A stretch of 64,000 nt of DNA. It comes from Eledone cirrhosa. Its lineage: Eukaryota. A program made the position numbers and the translations under genes. The stretch lies in assembly GCA_964016885.1 (NCBI GenBank), contig OZ024743.1, positions 189,596,001 to 189,660,000 on the forward strand, read 5' to 3'. Shown piece by piece: positions 28,328 to 40,817 of this stretch. A model generated the notes under the pieces. The model was given only the letters and a program-made list of their open reading frames with translations, was not told the origin of the DNA and did no database searches. Numbering within the stretch: the stretch's first letter is position 1; each line of letters opens with the position of its first letter.

Positions 28328-29476
28328 CATCATCATCATCATCATGGGTTAGATGGTTTTGTTCCATTTGATGTGGGAATGGTCAGAGACTATGTCTCGC
28401 TCACACAGAAGCGTCTCTGGCAGGTTTTTTACAGCTGGATGCCCTTCCTAACACCAACCACATTTACAGTGTGGACTGGGAGACTTTTCACAGTATCTCC
28501 TACACGGCCACTTTACAGTGTGAACTGTTGTGTCATCGACATAGTGAATGGAACGGGAGAGGGGGAAGGGGTATGGTGTGGGGGTGGGGTGTACATTGGG
28601 TTAAGATGTGCCTATTGACTGTAGGTTTGTATGCAATGGCAGTCGGGTCTTCTGTACAACTGCATAGTGCCAAAGGTCATTGTCTTAGAGAGGTGTGGAT
28701 GAGCAAGGTCAGTTTTGATCACCTCGTCCCAGGTTTTTCTTGGGCTACCCACTCCACAGCTTCCATTGCCCTGCACTTTTTTATACAGCTGTCGTCCTTC
28801 ATACACATCACATGTCCATACCAATGCAATCTCCTCTCCAGAACACAACATTTGATACCTCTTATGCTTAGTCTCCCTCTTAATTCGTTTATGCTTCACC
28901 TTTTGCTCACATTACTATTACACATCCATCGGAGCATGCAAGCTTCCTTTCTTTCTAATTCACGCAGGTCTTCAGCACACAATGCCCAAGTCTCACTACC
29001 ATGTAATATTGTCATTCATATATGTGTATCATACAATCTTCCTTTCATTTTAAGAGAAAAACGCTTGTGTCCAACAGTGATATTAGCTCTCTGAACTTTT
29101 TCCATCCCACTCTAACTCTGGCTACTACACTTTCAGAGCACCCTCCTCTAATGCTGATTTTGTCACCCAGGTAACAAAAGGTATCTACTATTCTATAGAA
29201 CCATCTGAGCAGTTGAAGGAGATATCATCCAGTGGGTCCTTGCTACTTACTGCACCTGAGCATCAGACACATATAAAATCTACATTCTTAGATAGCTTAC
29301 CTCTGATCCCACTACATTTTTTATGTACCCATAGTTGGCATTTTGGACATAGAATGGAGTTTCTGCCTACTCCTTTCTTACACACTGAACATGGCCATTT
29401 CCCAGAGGGTATCTGTGCCCTATTCTTCTTTCTACATACTAGAACCTTAGCCTTAGACAAGTTGACTCTAAGGCCT
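28328..29476 (-). mobile_element. RTE LINE 3' fragment (PHD-like finger to tail)
   Basis: ORF 29263-29529 reads GLRVNLSKAKVL..SGKWPCSVCKKGVGRNSILCPKCQLWVHKKC; 3' module and (GAT)n tail near 28328-28345. Confidence 0.9.
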
Positions 29477-30129
29477 TGTGGAATAAAATTCCCGTCTGTC
29501 CTATACAATTTTGCAGACATCAACAGCATGTAATCACATAGTTTGGGTGAAATTTTCTTTTATTCAGAAGGTTTGTCCAGCCTTCAACTCCAAAAATATC
29601 GAAATGTTTGACCACTTTTGCAAAAAACCTTTGTATTTCATATGAAGTTGAAAAAATGAAAAAATTCTAAAAACATAAAATCATCAAAAGTAAAGACAGC
29701 CCAAGGGGCTAAAGCATTTCCTTACTGGGGCAAAATCTCAAACAAATCTCCAACCCCACTGTTACAAAATGTGGATGAACAAATTGGGTTACCTACCTAT
29801 ACCTAATTAAAGGACCAGAATTCAAATTTAAGTGTCTGTGTTTCTGTGTTCATGCACATGCGTGTGTTTGTGTTGTTTGTCTGTACAAAGCTGTAAAAAT
29901 ATGCATGAGTATAAGTGCAAGAGAGAGTGCGTGTCTGTGCATGTTTGTTGTTGGTCTATACAAAGCTATGCGGGTGCATATTTCTGAATATAACGAAGCT
30001 GTAGAAACCTTGAGGAATGAATGTGCATGCATGTGTTACAGCGGATGTGGTAGGAGTGACAGCAGCTAGGTGTATAGAAGCACGCATGAGAGCATCTGTG
30101 CAAGAGTAAATATAGACTATAAAAATGTG

Positions 30130-30752
30130 GAAATGAGTTGAGTCCATTTTGGAAACTGGACTCAAAGCAGAAAATCAAGTTCTGCTCAATCCTGGTGCAT
30201 GTGGTTGGCAATCCATGATGCAATAGAACATCCAGGACTGGGGAATGGAAGTGATGAGTGACAGGAGTATCCTTGCCAAACCGTATGTCACTCAAGTGTT
30301 CTGTGAATCAGTCCACCAGATGGCATAGACAACATTGGTGGAGGTGCAGGTGAAGGAGTGGCAGATACAGAAAGAACCATTAGTGCCTGTAGGAGTGATG
30401 AAGTTGTAAATGGGTGGGTAGGAACAGAAGAGAAAAGTGACAAGGTCAGAAGAGAGGTGTGGAAGTAAAGGAGGATATGGTACTAGAGAGGTAGGGTGGT
30501 CAGGTGGTAGGTGAGGGGGAAAGGAAGCAGTTGTTGGGGGAGGGGGCAGTCATAGGGTGAGAGGGCTGTGGTACTGTCAGTTTCATGGGCATGAGGGAAA
30601 GCAGTTGGACCAGGGTGGGAAGATATCCATGCTGGATGAAGTATGAGACCATGTGTTGAGACTGGATCTCGAAATCCCAGTCTTTGCTACAGAGCTAATG
30701 AAGATGAAGGAAATGGGAGTAGGGTATGGAGAGTTTGATGCAGATGGGGTAT
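30130..30752 (-). mobile_element. Penelope-like element remnant (RT C-terminus plus GIY-YIG endonuclease)
   Basis: Minus-strand translation gives YPICIKLSIPYSHFLHLH*LCSKDWDFEIQSQHMVSYFIQHGY (PLE SIPYSQFLRLRRLCS motif), HSFTCTSTNVVYAI and FTEHLSDIRFGKDTPVTHHF..IEQNLIF..NGLN. The YIG segment is deleted. Confidence 0.85.
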
Positions 30753-31952
30753 ATAGTGTAGGTGTGTGTGTAAATTCATACACACACACACATAATAAAT
30801 TGCTTTCAATTTTTATAAAAGGAATTTTAGAATAAGCTTTAGATTAAATGTCTGTCCCGCAGGAAAATAACAATGCTGTATTTGCTGCTCCTATTTTTGA
30901 AGTTACAATTTGTGACGATGCTATTGTTGTTGTTGTATTTAAAGCAATTGCTTTCATTTATGGACACATTATTATTCTTGTTCACGTTAAAAAATGTGGT
31001 GAGACATCTTTCAAATCCAGTGATGAAATATGTTTTTATAAAAAATACAAAAAGTGTACAAAATTAATTAAGAAAATAAACGAATAAAATTCATTAAAAT
31101 ATATTTGATTTTGAATTGTGCAATTGAAGCATTTCTGAAAGGATTTATTTCTACTAAAGAACCAAGGAAAATATGTTCCTTAAAATTGTGCTCTTGATAG
31201 TTAGAAGCAAGAGAAAATTTAAATTAAATTTGAATTGGCTGCAAAATTGAAGTGAGGGCATATATTAATGTTTAATTTGTTGTTGCTTGTTTAAATTGAA
31301 ATGATTGAAAAGGTAAAAATGTAAAAGAAAAATAATAATAAATACAAATAAATGTATTCCACTTTATGCTAAAATGTATTCAGCCATCTTGGGTAAGAAT
31401 ATCTGAGAAAATGATCGATAAAATTAATGAGGGTTAAGTTTGGTGTTAATTAGGAAAGCTCTGGTGAAAGGATTCAATAGAAATGATATCAATGAAAGTA
31501 ATGGAATCAACAAAAGAGATAGCAGAAAACCCCAAATCTCAACAAATAATGGTTCCTCTAAAAATAAGCATTAATGACTGTTTTGCAAGCGTGAAAAAGT
31601 GACATTAAGTGATGATGAAATATATATATCATCGTCGTTGTTATCGTTGTTTTAATGTCTGCTTTCCCTGCTAGCCAGGGTTGTATGGGTCTACATAAAC
31701 CAAGTCAGTACTGAGTGGAGATATCAATCACCATCATCCACTAATGTCTATTTTCCATGCTTGTATGAGTTAGATGGCTTGTCATATTATCTGGCCAGAC
31801 TGTCCAGTTGATCAATCTTGCTCATAGACTCCCTTTTAGGCTTGGTCTTATCATAACGTCTAGTCTGTATAAACATACCTACCATCTTCTACGCCTCACT
31901 CCACCCCTCCTCTCTATTGTCTCTCTTAGCCCAGTGTAAGATTCCTTTACAT

Positions 31953-32603
31953 AAGTGAGAAAAAATTCTCAAGATAGAAAAAAAAAATTCTATCTAAACT
32001 CGCTTATATAAAGATCACCCTAGCATAGTTTCGTTTGCAAAAGAATTCCTATTGGAACCACCAATAATTGAAGAATCTGCAATACACTTCACTGGAGTTT
32101 AATTCTTCAAAAGCTAAAAGAAATAGACCAAGAAATCACACATACTGTTTCATTTGCTGCGGCATCATGCTTGACAAAATCATGCGTTGTGTTACGTGCT
32201 AAAAAATTTCCTAACATATTAGGACTATGTTACAGGTTTATAATGTCGCTTGAAATAGCAACCAAAAAACCATCAACGAATTAAGGAGCAGTTTAATATC
32301 AGTTAAAGTTTAATTAAACTCTATTACTTAAAAATCTCAATGAGAGGAATCACCCAGAGAAGCAATATTATTTACTGAATTTAAGTGAGAAACAGACAAG
32401 ATAGACAAAAAAAATATTCTATCTAAACTCGCTTATATATAAATCTCCCTACCGTGGTTTCATTTGGGGAATAATTCTTATTGGAACCACCAATAATTGA
32501 AGAATCAACAATACACTTTAGGGGAGTTTAATTCTTCAAAATCTAATAGAAATTGACAAAGAAATCACATATACTGTTTCAATATGAAACAGTATGTATG
32601 ATT
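31953..32603. repeat. 430-bp-period partial dimer with terminal fold-back
   Basis: ~200 bp at 31953-32152 recurs at 32383-32581; hairpin 32563-32581/32585-32603. Confidence 0.8.
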
Positions 32604-33980
32604 ACTCAAAGTAAATGTAGCAAAGACAGAAATCATAATAAGTAGGAAAGAAGACAGGAAGGTGAATCCATCAGGAAAGTTGCCTTGTTCGATATATCAA
32701 AAAGGGCTGGGCAGAAATTCCAAATGGTGCATACTATGTAAATTAAGGATGTACAAGAGATGTAATGGGATTTCAGGTAGAGTAATAGAAAATATAGACT
32801 TCATAGGGGGCAGATGCACAAGGGAAGTGAACACAAAGAACACAAATGAAATAGATTCCGTCAGCTGCCAGGGGAGCTCACAAGAAGTTGTTGACAGCTT
32901 TCTCTACCTAGGTATTAAATTAATAGTGGGGGGGTGATGTGCTCAAATATGATAACTAGGATAAAAACAGGCTGGAAGAAGTTTATATATCTATTACCAT
33001 GCTAATAACAAAATGTTTTTCTCTCAGAGTGAAGGGTAGACAGTATGATGCCTGTGTGTGAACTGACGTGCTACATGGCAGTGAAATCATGGGATTTTAC
33101 TACAGAAGACCTGCAGATGCTAGAAAGAAATGAGTTGAGTATGCCCCGATGGATATGTAATGTTAGTGTGCATCAGCGACATAGCATAAGCAAATTGAGT
33201 GAAAAACTCAGTATAAGAGGGATTGGGTGTAGTGTGAAAGAGAGAAGATTGTATTAGTATGGACATGTGATGCACAAGGAAGATGGCAGCTGCATAAAGA
33301 TATGCAGCGAAACCCCAGTGGCTGGTATTCGGGGAAGACATGGGATGAGGTTGTGAAGACCAGCCTTAAAAAAAAATAAACTTCACAACAGAAACGACTA
33401 AAGATTGTGAGGGCTGGTGCTATGCAGTACTGAGGAAGACCCAACCAACAGCATACAATGTGATCTGACCTACTCCCATGCACCCCCTTCCACTAGCACT
33501 CCCCAAAAGTTATTCTCAATAGCACTACTTCAAACCCCCTCCCCATGCATGCCCACCTCCTCATTTCTCGTAGCTGCCCCCCTGAGAAGTGATTAGTGAT
33601 GGGAAGGGCATACTGCTGTGAAAGGCATGCCAAACAAAAGGTTGAGAAGACCCTTCAGTCATGTCAAGAACAAAACAACCTCTCTTCGTGAGCTACATGA
33701 TAAATGCACTCAGAACATGCTGTAAATTGATTGGTGATAGGAAGGGCATCCAGCTGTAGAAAGCTTGTCAGACAAAGTGTTGAGAGGACTCACAGTTGTG
33801 TCAAAGACATGACAACCTCTCCTCTACACTTGGTGGAGTGTCGATCATACATAAGTGACATACAGATCTCTGTCCTGCCTGGGAGATTAGTAACTCCACT
33901 TCAGTACTCACTTGGTCTATGTAGACACATCCAACCATTGCTAGCAGGAAATGCACATGTTAAAATGATGATAATGACAA
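32604..33980 (+). mobile_element. Old RTE LINE 3' fragment with decayed finger and duplicated 3'UTR module
   Basis: LKVNVAKTE..SGKLPCSIYQKGLGRNSKWCILCKLRMYKRC..VDSFLYLG; GGAAGGGCAT module at ~33602 and ~33740. Confidence 0.85.
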
Positions 33981-34861
33981 TATATTGAAATATATGGCAG
34001 AAATGAAAAGCAAATCAAAAACATGAATAATGACTACATATTTTAAAATAAATATGTACATATATTTATATCTTTTTTCGTTGGGTATGACTTCATGGTT
34101 TTACCAGTCCTACATTTAAAATAAAATATGGGATATTTTCAACATTGAAAATTGAGAGAATTAAAAAAGAAATATACTAACCATATACAGGTAGATAAAA
34201 CCAAAAAGGAAACCCAGAAAGATATGATTATAGCCCAAATATCAATAAATCTTTTATGACATTTTTTTCTGTAAAATACTTCATAAGAGTACTCACCTAT
34301 TCTAAATAAATTTTAAGAGTGATATTTAACAACATGAACAGCCATAATTATAATATAAATAAATATTTCGGAAAGAAAACGATGTAATCAAGACATGCAC
34401 AAAATTAATGGTTTTTAAATCGGTTATTCCTCAAAACTTCTGTTATAGATGTGAAACATTGAAGCTTTATTTGAAAAGCATAGAAAGTTTGGAACATTTC
34501 CATTAGACAAAGCTGCAAAAAGTTTTGAGCATACACTGGCAAGACACAGGAAGGGTTAACCATAAACAAGAATAAGTACATGCTGCTTATGGTATCAAGG
34601 AAAGAGGCACACTATTTTATTCAAATTAAATGCATTTGCCATTTCACACTAAACACTTTTTATATACTATATGTATGGTATTGGAGAGCTATAATCTTTT
34701 AAGTGCTTAAGATCTCAAAAGGATTTAATCTGCTCTTGGCATGACAACATTATGAATAACAAAATTCTTGACCAGGCTCAACAACATTGAGGCTGAGGTG
34801 TTGCATCATTAGCTACTATGTGATGGCCACATTCAAAGAATGTCAGAACATTGACTACTGA

Positions 34862-35290
34862 AGATACATCTAATACATATTCTCCAGCAGCAACCTGGTG
34901 TAGTCTGTGACTAACCCAGGCTCTGCTGCACTTCGGGCCGAGGAAGGTAAACTCTCCAAATATCAGTCACACTCCAACAAGTTCGCAGTCGAACACATAA
35001 GAGTGGAGACTTCTGGTGTCCTTCACCCTAGGATCACCTCTTTACTCACCCCATCAGCTCAGAGTTGGCTACCTGTAGGTGTGAGCCTTGTGAGCTGGAA
35101 TGGTTCTTTGAATGTGTCTCCCTCACCATCTTCCGGGGAAATACCTTCTGTGTTCTGTCTGCCAAGGCCAAGGGCCAACCAGCACATAGGTGCCCATTTG
35201 CCCATAATAGTGAGAGGTGGGGAGTACAGGAGAGATGGGGGGAAGTGACAGTGGGGGTTTCGATCCATTGTGTTTGAACCTGGTGTATAT
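34862..35290 (+). mobile_element. CRE-like non-LTR element, restriction-like endonuclease/3' fragment
   Basis: SAALRAEEGKLSKY..VETSGVL; homologous to 59840-60390. Confidence 0.7.
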
Positions 35291-36519
35291 GCATATACAC
35301 CAGGTCCGAACACAACACATTAACTATAAAAGGCTTCCTCTTGTACAGAAAATTCACCTTTTCAATATAATCACCACATATATCATTGTCATCATTATTA
35401 TCCTTTTCACTGCACTTATTTCATTCTCATCAATATTTGTATGACTCCATACTTTCAGAATTTCATTTGCAAAAGGAAAAAATAAATACTTTTATACCAT
35501 TGCATTCAGTAAAGAGAAAAATATAAATTGCGTTAATTGTATTATGATGATGAATATTCAGAGTTTGAGTTTCAGTTGATTTAATGTTTTCAAGTTGATT
35601 TTATAAAAAACATTCCACATTGACAAATATTTCTCTACATTTGTGTAATTCATTGAAATTTAGTTACAAATTAAAATAAATAGACTGGAAAATACATGAA
35701 AAATAAACATTTGATATACAGCTAAATATTAATTAGAAAATTTCCTGTTTTTCAACTTTGTCTTGGTCATAATTTTGCTTGAAAAGGAGGGGAATAACCT
35801 GCTGAAAATTTCTAAAATGTTTGAAGGAATTAAATATATTAATTAATTAATAAATAAAAATATGATTTTCCAAGTTTTTATTTATTTGTTTATTGAAAAT
35901 TATCAATATTCTAATGTGTGAAATGTTGACAAAAATTATAAATATAGAAATTTCTCTAATGTATTTGACTTGTTAAATGCATGGTGAAAATTTAATTAAA
36001 ATCTATTCATTGTATTTGGTTAGGTCAAATGCATTAATCAAATGAAACTCAAATTTTAATTAATGATTCGGGCAGTAAGCCTAGGTAGACGGAAAAAGTA
36101 AAATAAAAGCAAAAGTTGAATGCAACATTTCATTTCACTTTACTGAATGGTAGTTTCGACATTGTATAAATTTAATTTTACAGATTGAATATGATTACAA
36201 TTTTCAAAAGCAGCATAGAAGTTTCCAGTTTCAGTCACCAGAAAACTAAATAAATTAATCTTACTTAATTTTGTTTCTTTGTTTATTTCTTGTTATTTTA
36301 TTAATAATGTTTATTTCGTTCATTGAAAAGATATCTATTTCTGAAGTGTGAAATTATGAATGAGAAAACCGACGACCTACTATATGAGGCAAAGTTTAAG
36401 TTTGGTTTAGATAAATAATGTGATTCTTTTGAGAGATTTTAGGTGCAAGCGACTTCATATGAAGTTGTAAGTTGTAAAGCTTTGGCAGATTTATGTCTGT
36501 ATAATTATGAACATATGAA

Positions 36520-36750
36520 GAGCAGTGGATTGGCAATATCACTTGAGCATTGGACAAATTGCTTTGTGTTATGTTATTTAGTTATGGGTTTCTACATTCT
36601 TAGTTTAAATACTGCCAAGGTGAACTTTGCCTTTCATCCTTCCAAGGTCGATAAAATAAAGTACCATTGAAGTACTGGGGACGATATAATTGACTTTCCC
36701 TTTCCCCCAAATTGCTGGCCTTGTGCCAATAATAAAAAGAATTATTATGA
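36520..36750 (+). mobile_element. Deu/Nin-like SINE
   Basis: CTTTGCCTTTCATCCTTCCAAGGTCGATAAAATAAAGTACCA..AATTGCTGGCCTTGTGCC. Confidence 0.7.
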
Positions 36751-37789
36751 ACATATAATTCAAATTACCTGCTGCATGGTGAAATGGATCCAAAGGAAGA
36801 GTAGTAGAAAATAAATATAATAGAGCATGTCTCTATGCCAACAAAATGATGTATCTTTGGAGTTTAGAATTAAAAGAAAATAGCAACAGACCCACTGATC
36901 ATCTATCAAATGCATACTCAGAGATATTTTAATTATTTACTCTGAAGCACATCTGCCATTTCATCTTCTCAAATTAGACTGTCAAATTGTTGAACATTAG
37001 TTGAATAGTAGAATCTATTTTAAAAATCTATTCTGAGAAGATGCAACAGCATACACAACATATTGTTATCCAAGCTGTCATGGGTTGGATGGATCGTTGA
37101 GACAAAATCAGTTTATAATCAGAGCTACTGACCTCTCAGGTGGGCTGTGATCCTCTAGCTTGCTTGCATATGTTACAGCACTTTACAGTGTGTACTGGAT
37201 GCATTTTATCATAGTACTAGTATTAGAGAAGTTGCCACGCCTTTAATGCAACTGAACTGAAGTTCTCTCAATTCAGTATTTGGCAACTTTTGACTGCTGG
37301 ATACTAGTCCTGTTACCAACAGAATATATTGGGTACATTTTCATGCCACTAGCACTAGAGATGTTCTTTTGATGACGTGATTCAAGAGTCATCTGAAACT
37401 AATGGAGTGGGAAGATGATGATTTATCCTTAGTTAAAGATGGTTAGTGGGTGGAAAGGATCATTAGATCATAAGAATGATTATACATATTATGTCATGAG
37501 TATGTAACAATAGACGAGAAGATATAGTAAGGTGGCAAGTGTAATGTCATTGGTGTATGACAAGTATGGTGGGATTTAAGAGGCGTGATCTGGGAAAGTA
37601 GTATAATGTCATTTCTGTTAAACAAATTAGGTGGGATTTAATAACAGGTTGATGTGAAAGAGGCCAGCTTTGCTTTTCATCCTTCTGCAGTTGATAAAAT
37701 AAAGAATGAGTCCAATACTGCGATCAATATAATCACCTTTCCCACAAAATTGTTGGCTTTGTAGCTAAAGTAGTAATCATTTTTATTCC

Positions 37790-38190
37790 CTATCTGTAAA
37801 GTTCTGTTGATAGGAAGGACATCCAACTGAGGAAACTTGCCAAACAAAGGGTTGGGAGGAGAGTTTAGTTGTGTCATGACAACTTCCTTAGTATTGATGA
37901 TCTACACAATAAAAGCACTTAGTACATGCTGGAAAGTAGTTGATGTTAGGAAGAGCATATAGCCATAAAAAGCTTGCCGAACAAGGGGTTGGGAAGACCC
38001 TTTAGTTTATGTCAAAAGGCATGACAACTTATTTTCTGCACTCAATAGAATGTACAACCATATGCAAGTAGGATGCAGACCTCTCAGCCTGTGTGGGAGG
38101 TCAATAGCCCCACTTCCTTATTGACTATGTAGACCCATCCAAACCTTGCTAGTAAGGAAGGAAGATGTTAAATGATAATGATGATGATGA
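37790..38190 (+). mobile_element. RTE 3'UTR-only fragment related to 33590-33980
   Basis: Two GGAAGG.CATCCA..AAGCTTGCC.AACAA.GGGTTGGGA-like units and a (GAT)n tail. Confidence 0.7.
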
Positions 38191-38282
38191 ATATCTGCAT
38201 TATTACTGATTAATATGTATTCCATTAGATGCTTCAGCAGTTGACATTAGGCCAACTTATCCCTGTAGAAAATATCGGTTGC

Positions 38283-39899
38283 TCGACTTGGAGAAAGCCT
38301 TCGACAGAGTCCCCCGTTCCATTATCTGGTGGTCTCTTAGAAAATTAGGTGTTGACGAATGGCTTGTGAGAGCTATACAAGCCATGTATAAAGAAACAGT
38401 CAGTAAGGTTAGAATTAACAACGAATATAGTGAAGAGTTTAGCGTAAAAGTTGGTGTCCATCAGGGCTCTGTTCTTAGCCCCCTACTATTTATTATTGCC
38501 CTTCAGGCTATAACAGAGGAGTTCAAGACCGGCTGCCCATGGGAACTCCTATACGCAGATGATCTAACGCTCATAGCTGAATCAATGACCGAACTAGAGA
38601 AGAAATTCCAAACATGGAAGCATGGCCTAGAATCAAAAGGCCTTAAAATTAACCTGGCTAAGACTAAAGTTCTAGTTTGTAGGAAAGAAAATAAGGCGGC
38701 AGTCCCATCTGGGAAATGGCCATGCTCAGTGTGTAGGAAAGGCGTAGGTAGAAACTCCATTTTATGTCCCAAATGCAAAGTATGGGTGCATAAAAGATGT
38801 AGTGGGATCACAGGTAAGCTAACTAAGAACATAGATTTTACATGTGGCCGGTGCTCTGGTGCAATAAGTAGCAGCAAGTGCCCACAAAATACTAGCTCCT
38901 TCAACTGCGCAGAGGGTTCTATAGAAATAGTGGACAGCTTCCGTTACCTGGGTGACAAAATCAGCAGTGGGGGAGGGTGCTCTGAAAGTACAGTAGCTAG
39001 AGTCAGAACTGGATGGAAAAAGTTCAGAGAGCTTATACCACTATTAGCCGCTAGAGGGTTCTCCCTAAAAATGAAAGGCAGGTTATACGATGCCTGCATA
39101 CGAACAGCAATGCTGCATGGCAGTGAGACCTGGGCATTGTGTGCAGAGGATATACGCAGACTAGAGAGGAACGAAGCTTGCATGCTCCGCTGGATGTGCA
39201 ATAGTAATATACGTGAACGGCAAAGCATAAACGAACTAAGGAAAAAATTAGAAATAAGAGGGATCAGATGTTGTTTACTCGAGAGAAGGCTACGTTGGTA
39301 CGGTCACGTGATGCGCATGAAAGACGACAGCTGTATAACAAAGTGCAGGGCAATAAAGATAGACAGTAGCCACGGAGTAGGCAGACCCAGAAAAACATGG
39401 GACGAGCTGATAAATTCCGACCTCACACGCTTACACCTCTCCAAGACAATGTCACTGGACCGAAACCTTTGGCGGTACTCAGTAATAGAGAAGACCCGCC
39501 TTACCTAAATACAAAGTAAAAACCTACTACAGTCAGTAGGCATCTCTATCAAAACACCCCCCCGTCCCACAACATCCACCCCATCCACACCGCCCCTTTC
39601 AATGTAAAGTTATGTTGGTCCCACAACATCCAGGCCGAAACAAATGAGATCGTGTAGGTGTCACGATAAAAAAACACACAGTCCACGCTGTAAATGTGGC
39701 CGTGTAGGCAACACGGTAAAAAGCTCCCAGTCCCACACTGTAAATGTGGTTGGTGTTAGGAAGGGCATCCAGCTGTAGAAAACCCGCCAGACAGTCCTAT
39801 GCGAGCAAGACAACCACTCTTGCCTCAAGTGGGAAAACCCCCGTCCAAACCCATGCAAGCGTGGAACACGGACGCTAAACCTGATGATGATGATGATGA
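38283..39899 (+). mobile_element. Youngest RTE LINE copy, 5'-truncated within RT, subfamily B
   Basis: Uninterrupted 409-aa ORF: DLEKAFD, GVHQGSVLSP, LLYADD, C4HC3 finger, FRYLG, RLRWYGHV, GRPRKTW; 3'UTR and (GAT)n tail. Confidence 0.96.
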
Positions 39900-40437
39900 A
39901 TATGTGGTGCAGAACAAGCATCACCATAGCTTGCCATGTTGAAAATAACATGTCATGTTGACATCAGAAATATTTAAATATATGGCATGAGAAGGTTTTT
40001 TTATTAATAATCCTGGGAGATCTTACGAGGACATATGTTGTTCTACATCCATAACAACACAAAGTAACATGCCATTTTTTTTTTTTTAAATTAGAATATC
40101 TATAATTGCTATTGCTGCTGCTACTACTACTACTACTACTACTACAATAATGCAAAGGATGTAAATGACAACAACATCGATCATGATGTTGGTGATTGAG
40201 ATTTTGATGACCAGCAACAAAGCTGTTGATTATAGGGAAGCTGCTGTTATGATAGTAGTGGAGAAGTTATGTGATTTGATGAGAAGTATGATGATGATGA
40301 TGGTAATGGTAGTGATAATAGTTGTAATATTCTGTAGCTTTTATTGTTGCTAGTAATGATGATACCAATAGGGATGATGTTGATAATAATAATCATCTCT
40401 CGAGTATAACCATGTGTGTGTGTGTAAGAAAAGGGGG

Positions 40438-40772
40438 TTAATTTATTTGATGTTGTTTATCACCAAATCAGCCCTGGTCACATAGACCTACCAGGGTGGG
40501 TTTAAAAGTTCATAGGCTGACTATGGAGGAGTGATGCTAGAGCTGTGAAATCTTGCATGCATTAATTTATTTGATGTTGTTTATCACCAAATCAGCCCTG
40601 GTCACATAGACCTACCAGGGTGGGTTTAAAAGTTCATAGGCTGACTATGGAGGAGTGATGCTAGAGCTGTGAAATCTTGCATGCATTAATTTATTTGATG
40701 TTGTTTATCACCAAATCAGCCCTGGTCACATAGACCTATGAGAGTGGGCTGAAAAGTTCATAGGCTGACTAT
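40438..40772. repeat. 124-bp tandem repeat (~2.7 copies) containing a mariner-like left end
   Basis: ATTTATTTGATGTTG starts at 40441, 40565 and 40689. Confidence 0.9.
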
Positions 40773-40817
40773 AAGAGTATCTTGGCCAGTCTATGAAGTT
40801 TTTAGCCGACCCTCGTA
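40737..40817. mobile_element. Mariner-like MITE flanked by TA
   Basis: TA-TGAGAGTGGGCTGAAAAGTTCATAGGCTG..CAGTCTATGAAGTTTTTAGCCGACCCTCG-TA; imperfect ~29-bp TIRs. Confidence 0.75.

Noticed and set aside
34430-34560. piggyBac-like right end (AGGG-TTAA)
   Set aside because: No matching left end was found.
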